Positions 41,035 through 55,370 are shown, counted from the stretch's first letter. The stretch: 64,000 nucleotides of DNA from Octopus vulgaris (GCA_951406725.2 OX597838.1:44826001-44890000), one strand, 5' to 3'. Numbers and translations: made by a program. Notes: generated by a model from the letters alone, not told the origin.

Positions 41035-41589
41035 TGCCCTGATGCAGTACCAGGCAGTGGCTCACATGGCTTCTGATCTTAACTGATTGGAAGTGTTATC
41101 ATGTACATTGTTTTGTCTTGGTATAAAAGATGGGCTACAGCAAATATTCTGCTCAATACCACAGATTTGCTTGTCAGTTGTTTGACCTTAACCAGTTGAG
41201 CATGTCCCTTAGTGGCTGACAATATGTGCATCTCTGATCACGAGCAGAAGTAGTGGGGGAGCATCATAGCCATGTGTTGAGAGGGATTCTTTAGGGTTTG
41301 AATAATTCACCTCTGGAAACATGGGTGGTTCTTTCAACATCCTTAAACAACCCTTATTCAGGGACCTTTTGAGCGGGATGGGTTACTCGACCAGAAGAAA
41401 ATTCTAACTGGGCCCCACCTGCAAGGTCATGTGCTGTTTATCTTGATATGAGATCACCATTTCGCGCACATATGGTTGTGATGCATGTGCCTGGTGTACC
41501 TTTATCAGACGGGTAGTCATGATGGGTATATTGGGCTTCGTATATTTTACCCCAGTGTCACTTTGATGGCATGCACTGCTCTCTCACTC
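41034..41589 (+). mobile_element. 556-bp TAA-inserted element
   Basis: Third full copy with (AAT)n flanks; a further 100-bp 5' piece lies at 41721-41820. Confidence 0.9.
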
Positions 41590-41722
<133 letters not shown>

Positions 41723-42007
41723 GCCCTGATGCTGTACCAGGCAGTGGCTTTCATTGCTTTTGATCATAATTGATTGGAAGTGTTATCATGTACATTGTTT
41801 TATCTTGGTATAAAAGATGGACTGCAGCTTCTTACAGCTTCTTACTACACAGTCACAACTGCGCCTATTATATACGCTCCGCGTTCAAATTCCGCCGGAG
41901 TCGATAAATTAAGTACCAGTTACGCACTGGGGTCGATGTAATCGACTTAATCCGTTTGTCTGTCCTTGTTTGTCCCCTCTCTGCTTGGCCCCTTGTGGGT
42001 AGTAAAG

Positions 42008-42302
<295 letters not shown>

Positions 42303-42350
42303 CATATACTACTGTGTGCGTATATATATGTATATATTTTGATCAATGTA

Positions 42351-42536
42351 TACATTACTATAGATCCCTGGCAACCGATCTTAATCAGTTTCGCTCAGGA
42401 TATCAGGTTATCAGACGATTATCTAATAACTGCGCTCGTCAGTGATAGCCGGTATGGAAACAATGTCGACTGCTCGTCTGATTATCTAACATTCTCTCCT
42501 AAACTGATGGGTAAGATCGGCTGTAATCAATATGTA
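42351..42536. mobile_element. old MITE-like imperfect inverted repeat
   Basis: caaccgatcttaatcagttt / aaactgatgggtaagatcggctg and atcagacga / tcgtctgat arms, with TA-rich ends. Confidence 0.5.
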
Positions 42537-43034
42537 ATACTGTTTACTTTAATTAATATATCTTCTCTGTACATATACAAGCACGCGCCTATTTTTTTCT
42601 TAATGTGGATTTTTAGACGGTTATATACACAGACATATATATATATTATAAGACAGATAGCAATCAGTCGAGATCGACCATAACGTTGCCGCATATTCCG
42701 TGGTTTCGGTTACAGTTAGTTACCTATGCAAGTGTATCTTACCTTGTTCCATGTTCTGGTTTGTTCTGTTGTTAGCGTACTTCGTATCGATATTGCTGCT
42801 ATTAATGATGATGATGGGGAGAAGGAGGATGATGATGTTGAATAGAAGGATGACAACGACGGCGATGTTAAACGGGAAATTACGAAGAGAATAAAAATAA
42901 AGTGATGCGAGTGAGAAAACGAAAGTGGGACAAGAATGAAATGAAGGTTTATATAGCGATATATATGTGTGGCTATATTTAGAATCATGCGTGGATCTGC
43001 ATTTGAATGCATAAGCAGATGTGTGTGTGTTTGC

Positions 43035-43086
<52 letters not shown>

Positions 43087-43250
43087 AACATCTATTTCTT
43101 TCTCTTTTTCCTGGTTTTTGTCTCTGTCTATTAGTCTGTGTTTTTGTCTGTCTCTGTATATACCATAATACACACGCACATATACACACACACTATATAT
43201 ATACATACACATATATATATATATCATGCATATATACATATATATATATC

Positions 43251-43299
<49 letters not shown>

Positions 43300-43654
43300 T
43301 AAATTGGAGATAAAACCACTATTAGGCAAATCAAACAATGTAAAACATAAGCCAACACATAAAATCAATTAATTTATATTATTTTAAATATATTTCAAAA
43401 GTATTAAAAGTTTAATAAAAGATAAGCAATAATTAATCTCTGAGCGAGATGTAAACAGTAGCAGCACGGCTTAGTGAAGTATATTTGCCATCTAAATATG
43501 GCTGACCCATGACCCATATGGGACGATGCTGCTATAGTATATAGCCCTAGGAAGACATCTCCTCCAGCTGGCTAACGACACACTGTCTGTGCCTGATCAG
43601 TATTTGCGAAGTGAAATCATCGTTCCCATTCATATATATATATATATATACATA

Positions 43655-44059
43655 GGCGCAGGAGTGGCTGTGTGGTAAGTAGCTTGCTTACCAATCACAT
43701 GGTTCCGGGTTCAGTCCCACTGCGTGGCACCTTGGGCAAGTGTCTTCTACTATAGCCTCGGGCCGACCAAAGCCTTGTGAGTGGATTTGGTAGACGGAAA
43801 CTGAAAGGAGCCCGTCGTATATATGTATATATGTATATATATGTGCGTGTGTGTTTGTGTGTCTGTGTTTGTCCCCCTAGCATTGCTTCACAACCGATGC
43901 TGGTGTGTTTATGTCCCTGTCACTTAGCGGTTCGGCAAAAGAGTCCGATAGAATAAGTACTGGGCTTACAAAGAATAAGTGCCGGGGGCCAGTGGCTCGA
44001 TTAAAGGTGGTGCTCTACCATGGCCGCAGTCAAATGACTAAAACAAGTAAAAGACTAAA

Positions 44060-44060
<1 letters not shown>
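43655..44060 (+). mobile_element. SINE family A, young full-length copy
   Basis: GGCGCAGGAGTGGCTGTGTGGTAAG (A box)..GGTTCAGTCCC (B box)..internal TA/TG microsatellite..CATGGCCGCAGTCAAATGACT tail. Confidence 0.92.
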
Positions 44061-44102
<42 letters not shown>

Positions 44103-44327
44103 TAGGAATGGTATTATTAAAATACCATCACAAATGGTAAGCGAATTATCAGCCGTACAGGCAAGTTAATAAAATATACATATACAATATTAGATATGTA
44201 TATTATATATATTGGTAAAACGGTAAGATAACAAAAGAAAGAGACCTCAATATTATGTAAATAGAGGAAATTTATCTATAAAATAATATGTTACATTACT
44301 CGATAGTCAAGATAAAACTCTGAGCCA

Positions 44328-44388
44328 GATAACCGAAGAGATGGCGTTGTGGATTCCCACTTCAGCATCTGAAACTCAGAGTTTTATC
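44328..44388 (+). ncRNA. type I hammerhead ribozyme (U4C variant) in a fold-back PLE-like element (44211-44426)
   Basis: GAUAA-CCGAAGA-GAUG...CAUC-U-GAAA-CUC A GAG-UU-UUAUC, with pair-preserving changes relative to 35153-35214. Confidence 0.72.
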
Positions 44389-44424
44389 TTGACTATCGAG
44401 TAATGTAACATATTATTTTATAGA

Positions 44425-44504
<80 letters not shown>

Positions 44505-44630
44505 TTACATATATAATTATAATTATAATTATGATTATAATACTAGGGAATATAATTCCAAACTTATAGGGAAAAATTCAATTTAGCAATTCCAAATCAA
44601 ATTTCACAATATATAATATATATATATATA

Positions 44631-44873
44631 TATAATTAAGAGAAATAACCTGTATTGAGTGATTCAATAGTCAAATACTTTATCTATATCATATAAAAAA
44701 ATTTTGTATACGATAAATATTATTTTAAAAAGTCACTAAATTAAATAAAATTATAGTTTTATTTAATTTAGTGATTTTGTAAATCATATTTATAGTATAT
44801 TTAAATTTTTCTATATGTTATAGATAGTCTTTCACTATTGAATTACATAATAGAGGTTTTTCTCTTAATTATA
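44631..44873. repeat. decayed AT-rich palindrome
   Basis: tataattaagagaaa / tttctcttaattata outer arms; tcactaaattaaataaaa / ttttatttaatttagtga inner arms. Confidence 0.75.
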
Positions 44874-44883
44874 CACACACACA

Positions 44884-44926
<43 letters not shown>

Positions 44927-46074
44927 GCGCGCGCGCACACACATATATATATTATAAGATCCAAGGCGTAGGTGTAGGAAGTCAGTAATTTTCGAGCAGT
45001 CCGTGGTAGGTATAGAAAACTACTCTCTGGAACAATAACAGTTCATTGATCAAGAATGTGGTAGGTTTTTCCCATATCGAAGTTCGATAAGCTGAAAAAA
45101 GTGTTTTTGTATCGGTCACAGTTAGCAACCAATGTTGCTATGAATGCGAATAAAAATCCGAATTGATACAATGGAGTAGGTAAAAGCCGGGCTGCATATG
45201 TTTTCTAGCAAGCAGAACCTCGGATGTAGATTCCAGTTTAATGTTCATGACCTTTCCCTCGGTCAGCATCAATCTCATCTAAAGTTTCCTTTCTCCTTCT
45301 CTCCTTTTCTTATTCTTAACAAACTTAGGCAATTGTCCCCTCCCATATTTTTGACCTCTTACTTTTCTATTACCGTCCCTTTTATTTATTCATATGTTTT
45401 TCTATTTTGTGTTTTTTCACTCCGCTTTTCCGGCTTCACTTATTTTAAATTTCATCTCCGGCGAGTTGACGATAATGTAGCCATTTAACTAAAGTACCTT
45501 TGACCTCATATGTTCCTAGTATAGTAGCCTTAGTCGAATAGTTATTACTTCCGACGTTCTGCGAGCTGGGAAACATACGTGGCTTGGATTTATCTTCTGT
45601 ATTCTCTCAATATATATATATATATATATATGTTTGTGTGTGTGTGGTGCGTATATGTGTATGTATTTGTGTGATTGTGTGTCTGTGGGTGTGGATATAT
45701 ATGTAGTAGCTATGGATTGTTTTTAAGCGAGAGAATGTGTGTGTTCGTTGTGTGTATGCGTGTGTCTTTGCCAATGTGAGTGTAACTTTACATTGAAAAG
45801 TTATATTCGCAAATTGTAAAATACAAAGTTTGAAAAATCTAATACAAGCAAAAAAGCTTGACAAATTCATAGGTTATTGGCATTCGGTGAAAGCAACCTT
45901 TTACCCGCTCCCCTTTCATTTGTATTTATTTTTACCATTCTCGAACAATGAAACATAGCATGATATTGGCTTTGACGTGTATCAGCTAGGGGGCTGGAAT
46001 CTAAAGAAATTCTATATTAGTCAATTCCATACTGGATAAGATCAAAAAATTAGCGCTATTGCATCGAATATTAC

Positions 46075-46113
<39 letters not shown>

Positions 46114-46142
46114 TATAATAATAATAATAATAACAACAACAA

Positions 46143-46204
<62 letters not shown>

Positions 46205-46853
46205 AGAAGAAGAAGAAGAATATTAAAGAGTACCTAAATGTCTTCCATGTGAATAGTTAACCAAGATATGAAAATTGTTAGGTAGGATCAATGAAGAATA
46301 TTGGCATAAGATCTTCAGGAATTCGGCGCATCGCTGTTACTGCACATCTGCCGTATTGCGTGATCGTTCATCTCACCTTGTTACCATTTCATCTTTATTG
46401 CATCTGGATCTATGGCCTTACAGTTTTGTAGACTCCTGAGTCAGAGATCTGTGGATCTAAGCATTTGAGATGTAAAGGCACAGCGAGCATTGATGTTTGC
46501 TTTTGTTTTCTTTATCTGGCTTTTGTTTTTTGTTTTTGTTTTTTTTTCGTTTGATTATATCTAAACCAACGTAGTTTAAGCTAAAGTGCTAAAGCATTAT
46601 CGTATTATATGGAAGGAGGATAATGTTATGAAATTAGCAGAAACATAAGCAGTACTTTCTCTCTCGCAACACTCACACATACAGACACATGGAACATGGA
46701 ACACACACACACACACGCACGCACACATGCATGTAAGTATGGATGTATGCATGTATGTATGTATTTAAGAATGTATATTCCTGTTGTTTTTCTGCGCTTT
46801 TTGACTAATTCAAACATGTGTGTGTGTGTGTAGTTAGATAGATATATGGTTAG

Positions 46854-46903
<50 letters not shown>

Positions 46904-47227
46904 TGGTAGACAGACAGACGGATGGATGGATGGCTGGATGGATGATTTGCGTTATTTCTTATCTAGATGTTTTCACATTCGACAACCAAACAATAACTGC
47001 CTGCTCATAAAGTGGGTATTCATACTTGCATGCACACACACACACACAAACACACACGCACACATAAACACACACGCATACATGTATATTAAAATTTACA
47101 AGAGTCGATTTATTCGAATAAAAAATCTTTTAACCATTCGAATGGAATCCCCAGCTCTGCTGAAGAATGATTAACGATAAATACATGTAAACCTACCAAC
47201 ATACATATATACAACCATACATACATT

Positions 47228-47680
47228 CATAATAGAAAGGAATACTGGTGGAATATACCAGTGAAGACCTCAATAAAGTATAAGCACAACAGACCTGATA
47301 TAAGGATTTGGGATAGAGAAGAGAAATTGTGCACAGTTGTGGAAATTAGCTGCCCAACGGATGTTAACATAAAGCTGAAGTGAAAAAGAGAACACATTTG
47401 CTGAACTATTGAGAAATCTGCAGTTATTCTATCCAGATTATAAGTTCAAGTTTATACCTGTGCTTATTGGGGCACTGGAATATGTAACAAACTGCCTAAA
47501 TACTAATCTTTAGAAATTAGGGTTCCCAAAACCAGAAAGGAGAAAACTATTTCGAAGGCTACAGATCCAATCCCTCACTGGAACTGTAAAAATCTGTAAA
47601 ACTTTCCAGAAGTTTATCATTTAAATATATGTTTAGATATGTAACTATATGCATGCGAATACATACATAAAACATACCTA
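47228..47680 (+). mobile_element. RLE-type non-LTR retrotransposon 3' end (distinct family), next to (TACA)n-like repeats
   Basis: KHNRPDIRIWDREEKLCTVVEISCP..LLRNLQLFYPDYKFKFIPVLIGAL..LTGTVKICKTFQKF*, with frameshifts and stops. Confidence 0.8.
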
Positions 47681-48645
47681 TCCCAATATACTCAAGTAAA
47701 AACGGAGGGTTCATCTTACGATTATTCGAGTACTATTTTGAGGAGTGTTGCCTTGCTATGCGCTCTCAGCCTGAACGCCAAGAAAACCTAAGTAATCGCC
47801 AGTCTAAAGGGATCGTGAGCTGAGCAAGAGGCAGAGTCTCTCAAACGGATTTAGTTACAGAAAGTTAGCTGATAATATGATCATATGTAATCTGAGAATT
47901 AATGGACAGCGTAAAAGCAAATACTGAATAATAATTTAGTATGCCTTTTGAAAGGAAAAATAAATAGATAGATAGATAGGTGGGTAGATAGATATAGATA
48001 TATACGTATATATACATATATATACAAATATAAATATAATATGATATGATATAAAATATGCTGCATTTATGCACTATGTTGTCTAAGAAAAAAAAAATAT
48101 ATATATATGTATATACGCATAGAAATGCATACATACATACATACATACATACATACATACATACATTCATACATACATACATATCTGCGTGTATGATAAC
48201 ATAAACGACAACGACAAGACGATCATCATTGGCCATATTCAGTTTCAGAGCCAAAAACAAGCAAAAACTTTTGATGTTGAGATCTTGAGACAATCATGTA
48301 ATTGTTCAATTTTTATGAATAAACTAGATATTCCTTGAAGAGAAAGGAGATCGGAAACACTTCTCATGTGTACATTGAGACGTTTTGAACATCTGAAAAC
48401 ATCTCATGTCTACATAGAGACGTGTTGAGGGTCAATACTGAACGGATATGTTTATTTATAATTTTTTATTTCTTATATTTCTCTTATTACTTCGTAACAT
48501 ATTACACTGCATGGTTATTAAGCAATAATTTTGCATGCATGCGTACAGATATATCTATCGATACATATACATGTCTGTGTATGTATGTCTCTATATCTCT
48601 AAATCATATGCATGTGTGCGTGTAATTCATTTATATCAGGATATA

Positions 48646-48681
<36 letters not shown>

Positions 48682-48945
48682 TGTATGTATGTATGTATGT
48701 ATGTATGTATGGAATGGTGTCCGTCTCCTCGTCTCGATTATGGAGAAAAGCACGGAGTCTCAAGATTTTATGTTTTCATCGAAAATGGATGAAATACCAT
48801 TCCTCGAAGTGATCTTCTTAAAATTTTTTTAAGATATTAAGATATTTTTATTAACATGAAACCAATGGTAACATTTATACACAAATAAAGAAATCCTAGT
48901 CATCAATGCGGTGCTGAGCAGACATCCTTGTCTTTCAACATTCAC

Positions 48946-49004
<59 letters not shown>

Positions 49005-49420
49005 TATAATCCTAAAGCCTTTATCTATTGCCCGGTGCAGGTGGAAGGAGAAAGAATGGAAGACTATGGCTAATGTACAATGATACGCTCGAAGCTGGTC
49101 GGAAATGATTAATATTTCCCGGGAAACATCTGAAAAACTGCATTGCAATGAATATTGTCTAAGTCGCTATAAAGCCACAAAGAACTAGAGATGGGCCTTG
49201 TAGATTATCTTCAAAGGCTGAGAGCAAAGACAATGTCTCGAGTTAACGTTCCAGCCGCTCTGTATAACCGTCGCTGAACATGTCCACTCTATGGACTCCT
49301 CTATAAATCCTTGGCTGGATTGTGTATGTTTCATAAGAGGAACACATTAGAGTTAAAATAAGAAAAAATGTTGTAATACCTTCATACGTCGAAATTGACG
49401 GCAGAATCTACCACGCATAT

Positions 49421-49458
<38 letters not shown>

Positions 49459-50564
49459 ATGTGTGTGTGTGTGTGCATATACTTTTATGATCAGTCATGT
49501 AGAATTTCATGTTATTTTCTTTGCCATCTTTATTGTTATTAATAATTAAACAAATCCTATTGTTTTAAAATACCCAAACGGATAGAATTTGAAGTCACTA
49601 TTGCAAAAACGGTTGATCAGGGTTTGATTTATGGAAGTTATGTTATCGATTCAGTCAAATTGATATCAACACTAATCTTAAGAATTAAAGGAAAATTCCG
49701 AAAGAAAATATAAGCTATCGGAGGAAACATCTACTTAGTATCACAAAGTCTTTGCGAACTAACGATAAGGTTTCTGCATGGTCATTCAACCTGATAATAA
49801 TGACCGCAGATATCTCCCTTAAATCACACTCTACCATCTTAGACAAAAATACACTGGATAACGTAACCATTTAAAGAAAATGATGTGATAGGCCCGATTG
49901 AAGTAGCTTTGATCATAAATCTGCTTTATCTGGGGCTGACCCAGGGCTAAACAAAAGCAGCATTTCAAAGCAACATGCAGGAAATAGCTGCCACATCTTC
50001 AAATTATTCCCAGGGGAGAAAATAAGTATTGAAGTCGTCGATAACCTACACCTAAGAAGAATGATGAGATTGCATCACGGGTGCGATGCAATCATTCTGG
50101 GTATTGTTGCTCAGGACGGACTTGAAGCTAAGCAATAACAACAACAGCAGCAAAACATGCAAGAAACAACAAAGCAAAATTCAAATCAAATCTTTCCTTA
50201 CTTATTTAAAAAGGCAACGCTACATTAGTTAACACCCCGAGATAACTTATATTTGAATAAAAGGATGGGATTGTGAAGGTTGGAACACTATGTGCGCGTA
50301 TGTGCGTGTGTGCGTGTGAGTGTGTGTGGGTGTATATATATATATAATATATATGAGGGAATATTATTCCAAACTAGAAATACTAAATCAAATTTCACAA
50401 AATATAATATATATAAATTAGAAAAAAAACACCTTCTATCAATTCAATAATGAAAAATTAAATTATGCCATTTAGAAAAATTACATATTATAGAAAGACT
50501 AAATATAAAACGAAATATCTAACAATGATTAAGTAATGTGCATAATAATAATTTAATTTTTCAT

Positions 50565-50612
<48 letters not shown>

Positions 50613-50739
50613 TGTATATCATTAATTAATAAATCTTAGGTTATATTTGCTGCTGAGATAGCCGCGCGAGTGTGGTGGATTTTGAAAAGTTATAGCATAT
50701 AGACTCGAAGCATCGTGACTATATGGTAGTCCTTGGCTA

Positions 50740-50816
50740 TCTACTGAAGAGACACGCCAGTTGTAAATAAATTTATGTTATTTACAAAAGATCGCCGAAA
50801 CTATGAATAGTCCAGA
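50740..50816 (+). ncRNA. hammerhead-like motif with long stem II
   Basis: UCUA-CUGAAGA-G..UUGUAAAUAA/UUAUUUACAA..C-GAAA-CUAU GA AUAG-UC-CAGA; the first stem I pair is mismatched. Confidence 0.55.
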
Positions 50817-50943
50817 AAGGAGAGAGTAAACGTTTTTATTTCTCTTTCCATTTCAGAATTACAACGATTAGTGGTTTGGAGTTTAGCTGCTCTTTCTAGT
50901 TAGTCGGATGTCCTATTATGGCCATCCCTTATGTGCTTGAATG

Positions 50944-51021
<78 letters not shown>

Positions 51022-51042
51022 TAGATAGATAGAGAGAGAGTG

Positions 51043-51462
51043 ATAGAATCTTCTAGTGAGGCAGGAAAGTAATCGAGGAATATATTTAGAGAGGGAAAAG
51101 AGTGAGGGATAAAAAGATAGGACAAAAGAAAGAGCGGTATAGTTAGGGATACAGAGAAATTAAAAAAGCAATGGGAAAAAAGGAAACCAGTAGCTGTGCT
51201 GAAAACGATGCTAGAGATAGAAAGAATGTATTATAAATGAAGATTATATATACATATATATAAGAGATTAAGACTGCGAAAGGAGAAGAAACGAAGCTAT
51301 GAAGGTGGCCCGACGGGAAGACTGGTTGAATAAGTAAATCTTTGAAGTCACCTCCGCGAAGCAAGAAAGTTATTGTAGAGGTCCGAGTCTTGGGTACTTT
51401 ATTAGGTTGATACATGCCGTTTTTATGTAAGTTGTGTCTGTGTTAGTATGTGTGTGTGTGTG

Positions 51463-51503
<41 letters not shown>

Positions 51504-51753
51504 ATTCTGATATATATAAGTTAATAAGTATTGAGAAAGCCCAATATATACGAAGAATGAGATATATACATATTTAAGGGTATGTCAATTATTCACCTGG
51601 TGGCTACCATTGGTTTCATGTGAGAAAGCAGACTTTAAATGGAACTGAAAGAGTCCTACAAATATTCTATCTCACTAAATAAATACTTTCACTTATATTT
51701 AACCTACAAATAAAGAATTACGGTATACTCATAAATAAGTATGTGTGTGTCTG

Positions 51754-51804
<51 letters not shown>

Positions 51805-51817
51805 GAGAGAGAGAGAG

Positions 51818-51864
<47 letters not shown>

Positions 51865-52058
51865 ATCTTCATTTATAATACATTCTTTCCATCTCTAGCA
51901 TCGCTTTCAGCACAGCTACTGGTTTCCTTTTTTCCCATTGCTTTTTTAATTTCTCTGTATCCCTAACTATACCGCTCTTTCTTTTGTCCTATCTTTTTAT
52001 CCTCACTCTTTTCCCTCTCTAAATATATTCTTCGATTACTTTCCTGCCTCACCAGAAG

Positions 52059-52065
<7 letters not shown>
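51043..52065. repeat. ~220-bp inverted duplication (51043-51260 vs 51848-52065)
   Basis: Near-identical reverse complements; the minus ORF at 51143 and plus ORF at 51745 share their C-terminal peptide. Confidence 0.9.
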
Positions 52066-52133
<68 letters not shown>

Positions 52134-53071
52134 CTTGAATAGGTTTACAGATATTTTATATTGAAAACAAGGAGGCAGTCAGAATTTTGAATAATTATTT
52201 ATTAGCACTTTCGTTTGTTTAAACGAACTCTTCAAAACAAATATTAGATGTATAGTTATATATACTTATATACATGTAAAAAAAAAATACGTGTACACAC
52301 ATTCATAAGTGTCTGTGTATATGCATGTATTAATATATGTCCGTATGTATATGTACGTATGCATGTATTTATGCATGTATAAATGTATGTACGTATATAT
52401 ATATGCATGAAAATACGTGTATATGTCTATCTGTTTGTCTATCAGTTTGTATGTATGTATTCTTGTAAGTATGTATATATCTATGTACACAACAACTGAA
52501 CAGTCTCAAAAGAAAGCAAACTCATTGAATGGTGAATATTAGACATGAAGTATTTTGATGTTAGATATCTATGAAATACCATAGGGACATAAAATAGATT
52601 GACATTACAATTGAAAAGTGTAATCGAAACCTTTTGACACAAGTCCAATTAGTTGCAATATTTGTATTCTTGTAATTTCGCAGTTTCATTTCGGAGTTGT
52701 GTTTCCGTATTTTCTTGAAGAATGTAGCTGTCTTTTACTGCGGCGATTACAATACGAAATTGTAATAAGAGAGAGAGAACAGGAATCAATAGACGAACGG
52801 AATGTCAAGGAAACTGTAAAAAGAGGGATTGGATAAAGAAAGGAGAATTAAACAGAAATGCTGTAGTAGTAATAATGAAATAGTTTGTTTGAATAGCTGT
52901 AATGGGCAGATTCATAATACAAAGAAACGGAAGGTACTGTTACAGGCGATGGGGGCGACATTTTGATATGTCAACTTGTTACTTTTGCAACATGGTAGTT
53001 GTATGGTAACAGAGATATTTGTTTACGATTTCTAGTAGTCCGATCGACAGTGGTTCTTGTTCATCCAATCT

Positions 53072-53310
53072 GTATGGCTTAGTGGTTTGGGTGTTGGACT
53101 CATGATCGTAAGATTGTGGTTTCGATCTCTGGTCCAGGTGATTCGGTGTGTTCTTGAGTGAAACACTTCATTTCGTGTTGCTCCAGTCCACTCAGCTGGC
53201 AAAAATGAGTAATCCTGCGACGGATCGGAGTCTTTTTCAGGTTGGGAATTTATGCGCCATGTAAACCGGCCCTTATGAGTTGGCATGACTCGACAAGGTA
53301 ACTTTGCCTT
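53072..53310 (+). mobile_element. SINE (head D + tail Z)
   Basis: tggcttagtggtttgggtg..gtttcgatctc..gctccagtccactcagctggcaaaaatgagt, then ccggcccttatgagttggcatgactc..aactttgcc. Confidence 0.8.
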
Positions 53311-53337
53311 TATTTTTTGTTTTTGATGCATGAAAAA

Positions 53338-53495
53338 GAGGAAAAATGAAAGTTACGCCCCTGGACCTTGAGAAAAAATGAAAGTTACGCCCCTGGACCT
53401 TGAGGAAAAATGAAAGTTACGCCCCTGGACCTTGAGAAAAAATGAAAGTTACGCCCTTGGACTTTGAGGAAAAAGGAAAGTTACGCCCTTGGACC
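53338..53495. repeat. 32-bp tandem repeat x5
   Basis: GAG(G/A)AAAAATGAAAGTTACGCCCCTGGACCTT starting at 53338, 53370, 53402, 53434 and 53466. Confidence 0.95.
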
Positions 53496-53757
53496 GTCCC
53501 GTCTCGAATTTTGTGTCTTGTATTGTCACTTGCTCGGTTTCCGTGGTGTATATGTGACCTAAATCGCAATATCCTCCCACCTCCACAGCCCGGGGGTGGG
53601 CCCGTCCATCGCGTGGTTGCTCATTTACAACTGAGTTGGTTGTAATGAAGTATTCTGAACGAGAATACATCGCACTGCCCAGTCCGGACCGGGAATCGAA
53701 ACCATGATACTGTGATCGTGAGTGCGACATCATAACCACTAGGCAATGCGACTTCAC
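53466..53757 (-). mobile_element. tRNA-derived SINE, tail-to-tail with 53072-53310
   Basis: Minus strand GTGAAGTCGCATTGCCTAGTGGTTA..GTTTCGATTCCCGG head. Confidence 0.75.
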
Positions 53758-55209
53758 ATACAGGAGTTTACACGTAAACTAATGCAGTACAGTCACGAAC
53801 ATGAAGTATTATTTTGCTTTCGGTCTAGTATATCTTGGACTACAACATACGATTTATTCCTGCCTTTATTTCTAACAAACTTTTGTCTATGATATTTTGT
53901 GTAGACCGAAATCATTCCTTTTAAAGACGGTTTAAGTTAAGTTAAAGCTGATATTTCTATCAGGTCAAACAACTGCAAAGAGCAGGAAACCGTAATTTCT
54001 TTTACAATATTTTTCTGTTCATATTTGCCGATGGTTATATATATTTCGGTCTTCATATCATATATAATATATTTTACATATAAAAATACCCCCATGTATC
54101 TCTCTTGTTTCCATCCGTGAAGGTGCTTAATTAATTAATTGTTGCTTAATTAATTAAGCAACAATTAAGCAAACCGTAAAACAAAATACGAACAGCTCAA
54201 TGACCATAAATATATTAAGTTTGAACATTTTTAGATAAATATACGACCACTGATGAAGAAGTTCGATCGTTTGTTTAAAGTGTGCCAATCAATTTATTGC
54301 CATATTGTCAAAATATAATTTACTAGCATGATATTCGTCCCTCATGTTTCTGAAGATTACCAGATTAGGATTTTTACTCTTTATGGTTTCCGAGGTAGTT
54401 TATTAGGCCAATATTGACATGAAATCCACGATTAAATTGGGTGGTACGTAATGACAGACTCAGAACCCAGTGAGACTTTTGCTTTCCGTGCAGCCCTTCT
54501 CTCTATAGTTCATTTCTGATTTGGAGTTTCGTCCTTCAGAATACACAACGCTAAATCAGTGAACGATCTTCAGTCTTATGTGCTCCAGTTTAATGTTCTA
54601 ACTTACATTTCTTGAGAGTGTCGTTCTATTTCCTCTTTAGACCAGCACATAACAGAGAGCCAACTGCTTGTTCACAATGGAAAATCTGTTTAAAGAGTCT
54701 GGGCGTCTAACAGTTCCTATGTTAACTAACAGAGGGACAGGGCAGCGAATTTATGTTGTTGCAATAGTGATTTTCTCTATACAAGCTCATAATGCGACTC
54801 AAATTGAAGTAGCAAAGTAGCAGAATGATTGCAATTGGAATTAACTCGATATTTGGAATTTCTACGGAGAAATTAGCAATGGGGTGTATGTGTTTGGTCA
54901 AGTTAGAAGAATTTGAAATGCATTCAGAGCATCGGCTCATGTCTAAACACTCCAATTCTGAACATTGTACATACATATGTTATGCATCCATGCATACATA
55001 CATACGTACCTACATACATACATTCATACGTATATATATATACGTGTGTGTGTAATAGGCGTCTTTCAGTTTCCGTCTACCAAGTCAACCCGCAGGCATT
55101 TTGGTCTGCCCGGCTATATAATAGGAAACACCCAACATGTCGTACTGCGAGATTGAACCTGAGACCACATTGTTAAGGAAGCAAGATTCTCAACGATACA
55201 GAAATGGAT

Positions 55210-55357
<148 letters not shown>

Positions 55358-55370
55358 ATATATATATGTA

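Noticed and set aside
43560-43605. Hammerhead-like CUGAUCA-GGCACA/UGUGUC-GUUA on the minus strand
   Set aside because: Several core nucleotides are missing; at most a remnant.
48710-49340. LINE RT remnant on the minus strand (RQGCLLS)
   Set aside because: Only one motif is readable; too decayed to delimit or classify.
53338-53495. CRISPR-like 32-bp repeats
   Set aside because: Head-to-tail with no spacers, eukaryotic context, derived from a SINE tail.
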